Positions 49,245 to 59,377 of a stretch of DNA of 64,000 nt are shown here, one piece after another; within the stretch, counting starts at the first letter, position 1, and every line of letters starts with the position of its first letter. The stretch is from a bacterium (GTDB lineage Bacteria; Hinthialibacterota; Hinthialibacteria; Hinthialibacterales; Hinthialibacteraceae): positions 704,001 through 768,000 of the forward strand of contig CAXXMV010000001.1 of assembly GCA_963662285.2 (NCBI GenBank). Direction: 5' to 3'. The position numbers and the translations under genes were made by a program. The notes under the pieces were generated by a model. It saw only the letters and a list, made by a program, of their open reading frames with translations, had not been told where the DNA came from and made no database searches.

Positions 49245-50288
49245 TTACCTTGCTTTCAACCCATCAACGATCTCTTCAAAGATGTTGTCCAGGCTTTTGG
49301 TTATATCCCAGTCAGGGTAATGGCTTTTTAGTTTTGCCAGGTCGCTGATATAACAGATATGGTCGCCGCTGCGGTTTTCTTCGACGTACTGGCTATTCAT
49401 TTTCTGACCACTGATCGATTCAACCCGCGTAAATGCTTCAATAATCGAACAGGAGTTGCCGCGTCCACCACCGATGTTATAGACTTCGCCGCACCGGGGA
49501 TTCTTGTATATCTCTTCAATGGCGCGTGCCACATCGAATGAATGAATATTATCGCGCACCTGCTTGCCTTTGTATCCAAAAATATTGTAAACTCCACCCT
49601 CCAGGTTGACTTTCACTAGGTAGTTGAGAAATCCATGCAGTTCCACGCCGCTATGTTTTGGACCGGTCAGGCATCCACCGCGCAGACAGGTGGTCTTCAT
49701 ATCAAAATATTTACCATATTCCTGAACCATAACGTCAGCGGCGGCTTTGGATGCGCCGAAGATGCTATGTTTGCAGCGGTCGATGCGCATGGTTTCATCG
49801 ATGCCGTCGACATAAGCCTCGTCAGCGTATTCCCACCTCGTTTCCTGTTCTTTCATCGGTAATTCGTTGGGAGCGTCGCCGTATACTTTATTGGTGCTCA
49901 TGTGAACAAATACGGTTTCCGGTTGATAGCGACGGGCAGCTTCGAGCAAGTTCAATGTGCCGACAGCGTTGACATCGAAATCATCGAAAGGGCGGTCTTT
50001 AGCCAGATCGTGCGACGGTTGGGCCGCGCAGTGCACAATTAAATCAAAAGGATTATTTTCGAGCAAACTCAGCACGTCATCCCTGTTGCGGATATCCAAG
50101 TTGGCATGCAGGAAATTCTTGGTAGAAGCCTTAAGACGTTCCAGATTCCATTTAGTGTCGCCTTTGGGTCCGAAAAAATCAGCCCGCATATTATTATCCA
50201 CGCCGATAATTTTAGACGCTTTGGCATCGAAATATTCAACCACTTCCGATCCAATCAATCCACTTGAGCCGGTTACCAGAATTTTCAT
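49245..50288 (-). CDS. NAD-dependent epimerase/dehydratase (CDP-paratose 2-epimerase-like)
   Basis: [42 protein letters not shown]. Confidence 0.92.
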   Translation of the reverse strand: MKILVTGSSGLIGSEVVEYFDAKASKIIGVDNNMRADFFGPKGDTKWNLERLKASTKNFLHANLDIRNRDDVLSLLENNPFDLIVHCAAQPSHDLAKDRPFDDFDVNAVGTLNLLEAARRYQPETVFVHMSTNKVYGDAPNELPMKEQETRWEYADEAYVDGIDETMRIDRCKHSIFGASKAAADVMVQEYGKYFDMKTTCLRGGCLTGPKHSGVELHGFLNYLVKVNLEGGVYNIFGYKGKQVRDNIHSFDVARAIEEIYKNPRCGEVYNIGGGRGNSCSIIEAFTRVESISGQKMNSQYVEENRSGDHICYISDLAKLKSHYPDWDITKSLDNIFEEIVDGLKAR

Positions 50289-50744
50289 ATTATTAATGTC
50301 TTCCGTGATTCCCCCGATAAAAGGGCGAGAATATTATTATATCAAAAACATCTGCCAAAATTATGCGCACATTGCACATTTGTATAATACACGCATAATT
50401 CCTAAAATCGAACTAAACGTGAACCGTTATCGTATCATATTAAAATATAGATGTTTTCGGATGCATCTTCTAGGTATGATTAGTCGACAAAAAGTGGATA
50501 CAAGAAGAAACTTACGGTATATCTTGCATAAATCATTCTTTATATCCACAAAGTATTGTGGCCATAAAATACGTTTTAGACTTTTTACCGTTTCGTCAGG
50601 TATATTTTTTCACGCAGAGTAAAACACATAAGGTTTATCAAACTTAGAACTATTTTTTTGATAAACAATATGATTCTTAAGATGATTAATACACTCGCCA
50701 ATTATCAAATAAATAAATACATTTTATATATAATATATTCAATC

Positions 50745-51122
50745 CTAATGCCTGCTTGTTGCAAGGTTTTGAAGAGCAAAGTCGAGGCGTTCTAATTCAG
50801 ATTTTAATTCCTGGAACAAACTTCTGGCCCGGATAAAATCGCAGGATTCACCTGCTAATTCCAACGCATTCGCAGCCTTAACCGCCGCCGGCGCCGCGAA
50901 ATTACTTATCATTCCTTTAAGATTATGTGAAACATTCTTAATGATTTCGCCATTATTGCTTTCAATACCTGTTTCTATTCGTTCTACAAAACCGGGGATT
51001 GCCTTATTGTATAATTGCACAATTTTACTTAATAGATCGAGATTGCCATCCACTCTTTGCATTATCTCTTCTCTATCGATAAAGGCGCAATCAATAGAGT
51101 TAGAATTTTCTCCAAACATCAT
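50745..51122 (-). CDS. Stand-alone Hpt (histidine phosphotransfer) protein
   Basis: SHNLKGMISNF HxLKG motif; helical 125 aa. Confidence 0.9.
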   Translation of the reverse strand: MMFGENSNSIDCAFIDREEIMQRVDGNLDLLSKIVQLYNKAIPGFVERIETGIESNNGEIIKNVSHNLKGMISNFAAPAAVKAANALELAGESCDFIRARSLFQELKSELERLDFALQNLATSRH

Positions 51123-51180
51123 AAATACTCCTTAATTTAACTTCATCCAATGAAATGCATTGCAGACATGCTTGGTGTAA

Positions 51181-51196
51181 AGCAATTTTTTGACCA
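51181..51196 (-). promoter_or_regulatory. Putative sigma54 promoter of the Hpt gene
   Basis: Minus strand TGGTCAAAAAATTGCT (GG-N10-GC), about 60 bp upstream of the start. Confidence 0.55.
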
Positions 51197-51383
51197 AATA
51201 CGCGATTATTTTATATTTCTGTATTCCCGCAAATTCGCCTAAAGCGGATGCATTACGACAAACTTATTATCAAGAACTGCTATGGTGATTGCGGTAGGGG
51301 TGGATTTTTATCTGTGCAAGGTTCAACATATCTGGGTCAGTCGGTTCTAACATCACTCCGATTGCCCGAGAAAAGAAAAGGCT

Positions 51384-51890
51384 ATGACTGCAAAAACTAA
51401 TTCATTTCGCAAGATATTGCTTCATCCGGTTATGGTGTTGGCGCTACGCTTTATATTGGGCGGGACATTGATTTATGCTGGTTGGCTTAAACTGATCGAC
51501 ATGCCTGGGCTGGCTGAAGCGATAGGGAATTATCGCCTGCTGCCCTATTCGCTATCCAATCTTCCCGCCATGATTCTTCCAGCGGTTGAAGTGATAGTGG
51601 GAATCTGTCTCATTTCTGGAATCTGGTTTGATGGCGCCTTATTTTTGACATCGGCTATGTTTGCGGCTTTTGTAATCGCGATAGAATCGGCCATCTGGCG
51701 TGACCTGAATATTGATTGCGGGTGTTTTAGCACATCTGACGGCGAAATAGTAGGCGTTAAAATCCTGCTGCGGGCGGGCTTTTTGTTTCTATTTACCATT
51801 CCGATATGGATAGCCCGATACAAAATTGGTGAACCAAAAGTAGATGCAAACCCGGTTGAGATGACGGTCGATTCAGGCCCGCAGGTTTAA
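51384..51890 (+). CDS. MauE/DoxX family membrane protein
   Basis: R..LG...I.AG..K, Y.LLP, LP.VE..G..L, IDCGCF. Confidence 0.9.
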   Translation: MTAKTNSFRKILLHPVMVLALRFILGGTLIYAGWLKLIDMPGLAEAIGNYRLLPYSLSNLPAMILPAVEVIVGICLISGIWFDGALFLTSAMFAAFVIAIESAIWRDLNIDCGCFSTSDGEIVGVKILLRAGFLFLFTIPIWIARYKIGEPKVDANPVEMTVDSGPQV

Positions 51891-52364
51891 TCCGCCACGA
51901 CGCGCAGCTGATTGATTAAGGGCGCCCTTCCTGGTATATACGCCGCTCTCTTCTACTGGAGCAAACTGATCCAACTCATGGCGGATGCTTTCCACTGACT
52001 GCCGCAAGAGTTGGTGATTGGAAAAATTAGCAGAACGAATGGTTTCCAGCGTTTTTTTCAGGGAATCGCCAGCTCGCTCAAGTTCTTCACGGTTGGCTGA
52101 TGGCAATTTCTCTAGAATATCTTTCAAGGTGACCTCTTTTTTGGTTATATCCAGTTTCAAAGCAATCTCATAGGTCATTTCCATCCGCCTGGATTCCAAA
52201 AACCGCGCTTGCTCAACCAGATCGCTTAATGATTCGGTGTTTTTCAACAGCTGCGCCGCATCCATAGCAGCCAGCAGTTTGCGTTCTTGCCGCTTGGCCA
52301 GTAATAGTTTTTCATGGACTTTTTGCTCTTCAGTCAGTGTATTGATCAATGGTTTCAGGTTCAT
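51873..52364 (-). CDS. flgN: Flagellar export chaperone FlgN
   Basis: Helical 163 aa with LE..R, TL..I, N..N..LL..S and Y...G pattern; last gene of the flg cluster. Confidence 0.82.
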   Translation of the reverse strand: MNLKPLINTLTEEQKVHEKLLLAKRQERKLLAAMDAAQLLKNTESLSDLVEQARFLESRRMEMTYEIALKLDITKKEVTLKDILEKLPSANREELERAGDSLKKTLETIRSANFSNHQLLRQSVESIRHELDQFAPVEESGVYTRKGALNQSAARRGGLNLRA

Positions 52365-52376
52365 GATTTTTATATC

Positions 52377-52943
52377 CTATAAATTCGTTATCCGGTCGCT
52401 CGCTACTTTCAACTTTCGATCTATCGGCATATAAGGATCTTTGGATTGCGGCAGGTCGATCATCCTTTTTTCATTATGTAGTTTCATGAAGGGATCGGTC
52501 TGCGATTCGAGCGGTATAAAACCTTCTGTTATATCAGTATTTACTTTTTTATCCCCATTCAGATTGATGAAATTATCCGATTCATTAATCTCGTCAGGAT
52601 TAACTATCGAATCGTTCTTTTGCTTCATTTCATCATAAATTATATCGCCGATGCCTATTGCGTTAGCATCCGCTAACTGCTTGGACATGTGGTCATCCAC
52701 CATCTCCATATACATTTCGGTAGCATGCGAGCGTTCAATAAAGCCATTATTGGGAACAGTTTTGCGCATCTCTTTAAGTAATTGGCGAATGATGACCTCT
52801 TCGAATTGATTGGCGGTATCGCGCAACTGCTTATCGGACTTTTTTTCTTTTGCGCCGAGAGTCATCGACGTAAGCGATTCTAGTCCACCGTCGATGCGCT
52901 TGGCCGCCATAGCGTTGCTTGATAATGACATAAGGTCGTTCAT
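52377..52943 (-). CDS. flgJ: FlgJ rod-binding protein (no muramidase domain)
   Basis: L...A.QFE...I.Q.LKEMRKTVP..G, Y.EM.D, GIGD.IY. Confidence 0.88.
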   Translation of the reverse strand: MNDLMSLSSNAMAAKRIDGGLESLTSMTLGAKEKKSDKQLRDTANQFEEVIIRQLLKEMRKTVPNNGFIERSHATEMYMEMVDDHMSKQLADANAIGIGDIIYDEMKQKNDSIVNPDEINESDNFINLNGDKKVNTDITEGFIPLESQTDPFMKLHNEKRMIDLPQSKDPYMPIDRKLKVASDRITNL

Positions 52944-52958
52944 AATTATTCTCCAACG

Positions 52959-54173
52959 TTACTGCATTACTATTTCCGCTTTGATATAACCAGCGGCGGC
53001 CATGTTTTGTAGAATGGCGATCAGGTCGCGCGGCGTGTAACCCAGTTGATTAAGGTTAGTGATTACATCACCAATAGTCGTCCCGGCCACCAGCGCAATC
53101 TTCTCATCTTCTGTGGCGGTAACATTAGTATTTTGATTTGGTGTTGTCTGCCCGCCAGTTCCTAATCCCGGTTGAGATATCTCCTGCGTTGTCTGGATAG
53201 TGATGCGTAGCGGGCCATTGACTATGACGGCGTCTCTTACCCGTATATTTTGTCCGGCGATTATGGTTCCAGTTCTTTCGTTGATTATGATTTTGGCGAC
53301 TTCATCTACTTCAATTTCAGTTTCATCTATAAAAGCAATGGCGTTAACCAACGAATCGAATGCATTGTTGCCCAACCGGACTTTTTTGGAATCGCCCAAG
53401 TCGATCACATCGAACCTGACTAAAATTGAACTGGCGTCTTCAGCGATGGCTATGTTTTCCTGGCAGATAGAGTTGATCTTGCGTTCCAGATTGGCGGCGG
53501 TTTTGAAATCCGGCGTGTGAAGCATCCATCGCAGATTGGTTCCTTCTTGAATAATATCATGAGTAACCTTATCGCCTTCCACGATTACTCCATTGGGAAT
53601 GCTAGCAACCAGAGTATGGTTTTTCTGTACTGATGCGCCTCCGCCTGCTCCACCGCCGCCAGCGACTACGAAGCCGCCCAGCGAAAGTCCGCCATAAGCT
53701 AATCCATGAGGCTTGCCGTCGGCGCCCATCAACGCGGTTGGCAGCAAGGTTCCACCCTGAAGACTTTTAGCTCGACCAATGCTGATCACCGAACAATTGA
53801 CGCGGGAACCGGGACGGGAGAATGGTGGAAGATCAGCCAGCACGACAACCGCCGCAACATTATCAGGGATAACTTCAGTAGATACCAAATCGGGTTGAAG
53901 AACATTGATGCCCAAACCGGATAACAGGTTAGATAAGGTATGCGCAGTAAAACCACGGCGCCCATCTCCGGTTCCTTCAAGACCGCCGACCAGGCCATAT
54001 CCGATCAACGGGTTATCCTGGATACCGTCTAACTGAGCAATATCTTTTACCCGCGCCACAATGGGCTGAGCTACTGCATCAATGCAGATAAATCCGATCA
54101 GAAGCGCAATTGGAATAATGCGGATCATGACGCTTCTTAGATTTAAGTTATATTTGGTAAATCGATTCATCAC
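52959..54173 (-). CDS. flgI: Flagellar P-ring protein
   Basis: RVKDIA..G..N.LIGYGLV.GL.GTGD, NVAAV.V.A.LPPF, AKSLQGGTL, INERTGTI, PRDLIAILQ. Confidence 0.97.
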   Translation of the reverse strand: MMNRFTKYNLNLRSVMIRIIPIALLIGFICIDAVAQPIVARVKDIAQLDGIQDNPLIGYGLVGGLEGTGDGRRGFTAHTLSNLLSGLGINVLQPDLVSTEVIPDNVAAVVVLADLPPFSRPGSRVNCSVISIGRAKSLQGGTLLPTALMGADGKPHGLAYGGLSLGGFVVAGGGGAGGGASVQKNHTLVASIPNGVIVEGDKVTHDIIQEGTNLRWMLHTPDFKTAANLERKINSICQENIAIAEDASSILVRFDVIDLGDSKKVRLGNNAFDSLVNAIAFIDETEIEVDEVAKIIINERTGTIIAGQNIRVRDAVIVNGPLRITIQTTQEISQPGLGTGGQTTPNQNTNVTATEDEKIALVAGTTIGDVITNLNQLGYTPRDLIAILQNMAAAGYIKAEIVMQ

Positions 54174-54203
54174 TCAAGCCCTTTCACGATTACATACATC
54201 AAT

Positions 54204-54821
54204 TTAAAAGAGAACGCCAAATATTTTTTGGAAGAAAGTCGGATTGCTCATTTTGCCCAGCGTGCCGCTGCCGATATAACTGATCTCTGCATCAGCGACC
54301 TGCCATGATAAAATACTGTTCCTGACAATATCACGTGGACGAATTTTGCCGGAAAGAACGATAGTTTTTCGTTCTTCTCCAATGTGGATAGTTTTCCGGG
54401 CTTCAATCAGGTAGTTGCCGGTAGGATCAATCCGTACAATGGTTGCTGCGATGCGTGATGTAAAAGTATTGGCTCTATCAACCGCCGCTTCACCGGAAAA
54501 TTCATTATTGGAATCCCATTTAACTTGTGGAGCGTTGGCGGCGCCGCCAAAGACTTTCTGCATAAATGGATTATTCCACAGCATACCCAGAATTCCATTA
54601 ACTTTATGCTCGCGTTTGCCTTCGCCATTGGCGCTTTCATTGGCGCGGTTATCTTCCTGGATGACGATCATTAAAATGTCGCCGACTTTAGTGGCGTTTG
54701 CTTCCGTCATCATAAAATTCATCGGAGAATCCTGCGTCCACAAAGAACGCGCCGTCGCAGATTCAGTTGTTAGTAATATTGCGCTGACAAGTAATAGTCC
54801 AATGATTGATAATTTTTTCAT
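54204..54821 (-). CDS. flgH: Flagellar L-ring protein
   Basis: SLW, A.KVGDIL.I.I.E, GN.LIE..K, LSG.IRP.DI..NSI.S..VADA.I.Y.G; ATG 54821 begins the signal peptide. Confidence 0.93.
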   Translation of the reverse strand: MKKLSIIGLLLVSAILLTTESATARSLWTQDSPMNFMMTEANATKVGDILMIVIQEDNRANESANGEGKREHKVNGILGMLWNNPFMQKVFGGAANAPQVKWDSNNEFSGEAAVDRANTFTSRIAATIVRIDPTGNYLIEARKTIHIGEERKTIVLSGKIRPRDIVRNSILSWQVADAEISYIGSGTLGKMSNPTFFQKIFGVLF

Positions 54822-54870
54822 GATATTTTCACCGTTTAATAATATTATATTTTGTTTCATCAACATACAT

Positions 54871-55899
54871 TCAGGAAGATACAAGTTCTACCACTCCCCG
54901 TTGAATAATCCGTGCTTTGACTACCTGATTGGTTTGAACCGTTTTTATGGGCACGATATCGCCGACTGCGCCGCGATTTAACGCTTTGCCGCTGGTCTGC
55001 ATGCTCATACCGCCATTGCGGATAACCATCTTGACGTTATCTCCCCGGTTCACCACATAATTCACATCAAGGTTATTCCATTTGATCAAGTCGCCTTTAT
55101 GGATTTGAGTTTTGCTTTTGGCGCCAATAATCTCCTTGATGTCATCCACCGCCATGCGGTCAGTCAGTTCCTTATCGAAATACTGAACCACTTCGCGTAT
55201 ATCTTTTGGACCAATCACATCACCCCGTTTAAGATTACGCGTCGGCATATAAGCAATACGCCGATGGGTTGAAGTAACAACTACCGGAAAACTCTTATAA
55301 AGGACATTGTCGGTAAAAATTCTGACTTCATAACGCACGGTTCCATAAACCATTGGAGAAGTACGGGATAAAACAATTTCATTCTCTGTTTTTGGAACCC
55401 ACAAGTCTCCGGTAGGTGTACTTAGCACGCGCAGAATCAACTCATCTTCTTTCCAGCCGGTTTCCATTAAAACTTCTTCTTGAATTTGGGCAATGACTGT
55501 TTTGAGATTGATAGATTTACCATAACCGTACACTTCAACCATCCGTTCGCCTTTGAATCGAACATTGGCGAAATCCAGCATCGCTTTACGGATGGATCGT
55601 ATTATGTAGTGATTAGGCAGACGAACTATTTCCCCGGGCTGCGGCGCATCGAGAACCTCTAAAGATTCAAATTTCTTTTGCGTCTCCTGATCCGGAGCCA
55701 TTATGGATACAGATAAATCGCCCAATAGGATTGTTTTGGCTTCTTGGCTTGTAACTGTATATGATTCAGGCAACTCGATATAGATATATTGTTGAGTTGT
55801 CTCAGCCGATAATTCCCCCGACCAGGTCACAGTTAAGAGAAGAACCAGCAAAGAAAGCATGGATTTTTTTATTGATAATGTCATTAACGAATGATTCAT
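54871..55899 (-). CDS. flgA: Flagellar P-ring formation chaperone
   Basis: SAF-like domain (R.L.RG.VI...D), V.RGD.V, G.AL..G..GD.V; position between flgG and flgH. Confidence 0.88.
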   Translation of the reverse strand: MNHSLMTLSIKKSMLSLLVLLLTVTWSGELSAETTQQYIYIELPESYTVTSQEAKTILLGDLSVSIMAPDQETQKKFESLEVLDAPQPGEIVRLPNHYIIRSIRKAMLDFANVRFKGERMVEVYGYGKSINLKTVIAQIQEEVLMETGWKEDELILRVLSTPTGDLWVPKTENEIVLSRTSPMVYGTVRYEVRIFTDNVLYKSFPVVVTSTHRRIAYMPTRNLKRGDVIGPKDIREVVQYFDKELTDRMAVDDIKEIIGAKSKTQIHKGDLIKWNNLDVNYVVNRGDNVKMVIRNGGMSMQTSGKALNRGAVGDIVPIKTVQTNQVVKARIIQRGVVELVSS

Positions 55900-55956
55900 C
55901 TTTCTCTCTCCTGATTAGCGGTCAATATTTACCTTAAATACTGCTGTTTGATATGA

Positions 55957-56745
55957 TTATTGTTTCAGGTTAACCGAAGTCTGGATCATTTCATCGCCAG
56001 TTCGAACGGCGCGTGAATTAACCTCGAAGGCCCGTTGGGCGGTGATCAGATTGACCAGTTCTTCCGCCACGCTAACGTTTGAATTCTCTAAAAATCCTTG
56101 CTGCAATAATCCTAATCCATCCTGTCCGGGAGTGTTGGGGACTGGAGGGCCGGAAGCTTCAGATTCCGCAAACAGGTTTTTACCCAAAGCGGTAAGACCA
56201 GCCGGATTAACAAAACCGGCTAGTTGCAGTTGCCCGACCTGTGAAATCTGGTTACCGGGTTGTACAACCGAAACAAATCCTTCATCGCTGATATTCAGCG
56301 CGGATGCATCCTGTGGAATCTGGATATTCGGTTCAATAACAAATCCATCGGAAGTGACCAGATTACCAGTCTCATCCAGGTTGAAAGCGCCATCACGGGT
56401 ATAGCCTATAGTTCCATCCGGCATGGTTACCTGAAAGAATCCATTACGGCCAAGAATCGCCACATCTAATGGATTTTCGGTATTCCGCACAGAACCTTCA
56501 TTAAATACGCGGCGCGTTCCTGCAACGCGGACGCCATGACCGATCTGGATGCCGGTTGGAAGCCGTATACCTTGATAAGCTGACGATCCAGCGGGTTTTA
56601 TGGTTTGATAAAGTAAATCCTGAAAATCAACCCGGGTTCGTTTGTATCCAAACGTATTCGCGTTGGCCAGGTTATTGGCGATGTTATCCACCATGAACGA
56701 CATTCCGTGCATACCGGCTGCCGCTGTAAAGAGTCCTCGCATCAT
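55957..56745 (-). CDS. flgG: Flagellar basal-body distal rod protein
   Basis: IANNLAN.NT.GYK, FQDLLYQ, P.G.Q.G.G, YTRDG.F, LE.SNV...EELV.LI.AQRAFE.NS. Confidence 0.96.
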   Translation of the reverse strand: MMRGLFTAAAGMHGMSFMVDNIANNLANANTFGYKRTRVDFQDLLYQTIKPAGSSAYQGIRLPTGIQIGHGVRVAGTRRVFNEGSVRNTENPLDVAILGRNGFFQVTMPDGTIGYTRDGAFNLDETGNLVTSDGFVIEPNIQIPQDASALNISDEGFVSVVQPGNQISQVGQLQLAGFVNPAGLTALGKNLFAESEASGPPVPNTPGQDGLGLLQQGFLENSNVSVAEELVNLITAQRAFEVNSRAVRTGDEMIQTSVNLKQ

Positions 56746-56805
56746 GGCCTTGTTCTCCTAACTTATATCCTCAATATCTTCAATTATTTATAATTTTTTA
56801 TTCTA

Positions 56806-57639
56806 TTATCGGGCTATTTCATTTACTGCTTTGCCCAATGTTTGATCTAATGCTCTGAGCACCCGCGCGCTGGCTTCGTGGATACGGTACGAATCGATTA
56901 ATTTCACCATTTCCGTGGTGGGAAGCGAGTTAGACGTCTCGAAATATCCCTGCGTAACCCGAAATTTTTCGGGAATCTTGAAATTTTCTAGATCATCTTC
57001 TTCGACGCGGAAAATATTGCCGGGTTCACGAAATAACTTATCTTTATCTTCAAAGTCGATAACGCGCAATTGATCGATCTCATATTCCTGATTAACCAAA
57101 TTGCCATTAACATCCTGAACTTTATTTGTAGCATATATATGCCCGAATCCACCAATCCTGAAATCCTCTTTACCGACATTTATCGGACCAGGTTGGCGGT
57201 TGTTTTTCGTCCCATGACCCATCACGTAATAACCCTGGTTATTAACCAGGAAGCCTTCTTTATCCACATGAAAATCACCGGAACGGGAAAATCTCATTCC
57301 ATCGGGAGTGATAAGAGTAAAAAATCCATCGCCATCAATAGCAATATCATTAGGTTCACCAGTATATTTAAGCCCCGCGCTGGAGTGATCTGTGTAAATC
57401 CAGTCGATTCCAGCGCCAGTACCAACCCGGCCAATGGCATGGTTATAACGGTTCTTGTTGGTTGTATTGGTTAATCCATCATAAGAAGCTTTAAGCATGA
57501 CGTCGGGGAAAGAGCGAATCACTACCTCTTCACGACGAAATCCGGGCATATGAGAATTGGCCAGATTCTGGGCGATCACATCTTGCACCTGTTCTTGAAT
57601 GATCATGCCGGAAGCGGCGGAATATAAACCTGTAAGCAT
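56806..57639 (-). CDS. flgF: Flagellar basal-body rod protein FlgF
   Basis: GLYSAASGM, IAQNLAN...GF, D.AI.GDGFF, RSGDF, QG..E.SN; directly upstream of flgG. Confidence 0.85.
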   Translation of the reverse strand: MLTGLYSAASGMIIQEQVQDVIAQNLANSHMPGFRREEVVIRSFPDVMLKASYDGLTNTTNKNRYNHAIGRVGTGAGIDWIYTDHSSAGLKYTGEPNDIAIDGDGFFTLITPDGMRFSRSGDFHVDKEGFLVNNQGYYVMGHGTKNNRQPGPINVGKEDFRIGGFGHIYATNKVQDVNGNLVNQEYEIDQLRVIDFEDKDKLFREPGNIFRVEEDDLENFKIPEKFRVTQGYFETSNSLPTTEMVKLIDSYRIHEASARVLRALDQTLGKAVNEIAR

Positions 57640-57692
57640 GCTTGACTCCTGCCTGAAAATAATTCACTCTTATGTATCATCAATTATGAAAG

Positions 57693-57708
57693 AGCAACCC
57701 CTGTACCA
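57693..57708 (-). promoter_or_regulatory. sigma54 promoter of the flgF operon
   Basis: Minus strand TGGTACAGGGGTTGCT (GG-N10-GC), 54 bp upstream of the flgF ATG. Confidence 0.7.
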
Positions 57709-57846
57709 AAGCGGATAATCTCTTTTCATATCATGAAACTAATTACGTAAGATAAAGATACAAAGGGAGATACAACATTATTTGTTTTTGATGTAAACTA
57801 TTTCAAAAAAAGGAGATGCCTCGACTAATAGGCATTTTTTTCCAGT

Positions 57847-58269
57847 ATGACAAATTCTCGCATTATCTCTTTAGGTATCAACGATTTACACGCCATCAAT
57901 GACGGATGGTATGGCTTGGAAAAATCTCCGGAACGCGTTTATTTTCGAGCTTCCGCTCCATTAGCCGAATTGACTCTGCCGATTGAGGGGATAAGAGTTG
58001 ATTTGTCATTATACTTAGCCGCCAGACCGGAACATGCAGGTGAACCTCTTGAAGCATCGGTGTTTAATAGTACAGCTGATTCAGGTTTTACATTTATTTT
58101 AGAGACCAATGGATGGAGTATTCGTTCTGGTTCTGTAATAATAAATCAAGATAAAAAAATCCAGATTATTATCAAAAATCCCTGGTCGCCGGACCGGCTT
58201 TATAACAACGGCGATAGCCGGTCTCTGGGCGTCCTTTTGAGCGCCGTTCGTATCAATACATTAGATTGA
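57847..58269 (+). CDS. Hypothetical beta-sandwich protein (GW..E ... DxRxLG motif)
   Basis: 140-aa ORF; GWYGLE and GDSRSLGV resemble motifs of glycan-related jelly-roll domains. Confidence 0.65.
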   Translation: MTNSRIISLGINDLHAINDGWYGLEKSPERVYFRASAPLAELTLPIEGIRVDLSLYLAARPEHAGEPLEASVFNSTADSGFTFILETNGWSIRSGSVIINQDKKIQIIIKNPWSPDRLYNNGDSRSLGVLLSAVRINTLD

Positions 58270-58278
58270 GAAAACATC

Positions 58279-59265
58279 ATGACATTTATTCACCCCATCA
58301 CGCAGAAAAACATCCCTGATAGCATTGTCGGTATAATTGCCCCTATGTTCACCCCGGTGGACTCGGAAAAGCGTATAGATCATCAAAAATTACGCGCATA
58401 TACCAAATGGCTGGTAAACGATCCCAATATCACATCTCTCTTTTGGCGCAGCGGCGTAGGAAGAATGTTCACTTTTTCCGTTCAGGAAGTTAAAGATGGC
58501 CTGGACGTCATCCTCGAAGCAGCCGATGGCAAGAAGCCTGTTTTTTGCGGGACGGCTGGAGAATTCAATGGCGATTTCTCCACCAAAGCCGATCCTCAAT
58601 GCTACCTGGATCAGTCCATTGAATTATCGCTATACGCTCAGAAAAGCGGCGCCGAGGGAAGCGTCCTGGTTATGCCCGCTGCGTTACCGGTTAAGCCTGG
58701 TTCATCGGCTGAAGAAACCTCTTTTGAATATTTCAAGTCGGTTCACGATAAAACCGATGGGCCGATTCTGATATACAATCCCCAGAATATGGCTGATGAT
58801 TTTCATGCGACGCCTTCGTTGATCAGCAAGGTATCAGCGCTGCCCCGCATCATTGGCATGAAACTATCAACCACCGATATGTACCTGATGAGCAATCTGG
58901 TTGACGCCGCAGGCCAGAACGATTTCGCCATGATCGCCGGGTCTGAATGCACCTACTACCAAGCCTTAGCCACTGGCGCGGCTGGCATCGTGGGCCAGGG
59001 TTGCAGCATATACCCCAACATCCTGCGTCATATTCTGGATTCATTCGTATCTGGCGATTGGGCTTCTGCATTTCAAGCCCAACTGGACGTCAACCGCGCT
59101 CTGGATGGATTTCAGGGACTTGCAGCTGATACAAGCGGATTCGCATATCTAAAAAAAGCGGGCATGGATGCATCCCCATACTGCCGCGATGGATCAGCGC
59201 CGCTATCGCAGGACACAGTGGATCAAATCTATAACGCGATTAAACCTTACTGCGATAAATACTGA
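58279..59265 (+). CDS. Dihydrodipicolinate synthase (DapA/NAL) family protein
   Basis: GIIAPMFTP, ILIYNP, IIGMKLS with Schiff-base Lys, GAAG.V. Confidence 0.85.
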   Translation: MTFIHPITQKNIPDSIVGIIAPMFTPVDSEKRIDHQKLRAYTKWLVNDPNITSLFWRSGVGRMFTFSVQEVKDGLDVILEAADGKKPVFCGTAGEFNGDFSTKADPQCYLDQSIELSLYAQKSGAEGSVLVMPAALPVKPGSSAEETSFEYFKSVHDKTDGPILIYNPQNMADDFHATPSLISKVSALPRIIGMKLSTTDMYLMSNLVDAAGQNDFAMIAGSECTYYQALATGAAGIVGQGCSIYPNILRHILDSFVSGDWASAFQAQLDVNRALDGFQGLAADTSGFAYLKKAGMDASPYCRDGSAPLSQDTVDQIYNAIKPYCDKY

Positions 59266-59280
59266 TAACTGGTTATATTC

Positions 59281-59321
59281 AAAAAGCCTCTTTCCTGAAA
59301 ACTTGGGAAGAGGCTTTTTTT
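59281..59321. terminator. Bidirectional intrinsic terminator
   Basis: AAAAAGCCTCTTTCC-loop-GGGAAGAGGCTTTTTTT between convergent genes. Confidence 0.85.
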
Positions 59322-59345
59322 GTATGAACCTGGATGAGTAAAAAC

Positions 59346-59377
59346 GATGGGACACGCTTCGCTTTGTCCCATCTTAC
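59346..59377 (-). repeat. Family C REP overlapping the vWA gene stop codon
   Basis: Reverse complement GTAAGATGGGACAAAGCGAAGCGTGTCCCATC resembles 18235-18267. Confidence 0.7.

Noticed and set aside
50340-50570. DnaA-box-like 9-mers (TTATACAAA on -, ATATCCACA) and a GTGCGCATAA dif/XerC-like half site
   Set aside because: Few and imperfect boxes, no XerD arm at 6-bp spacing, no dnaA context; GC skew could not be computed by eye
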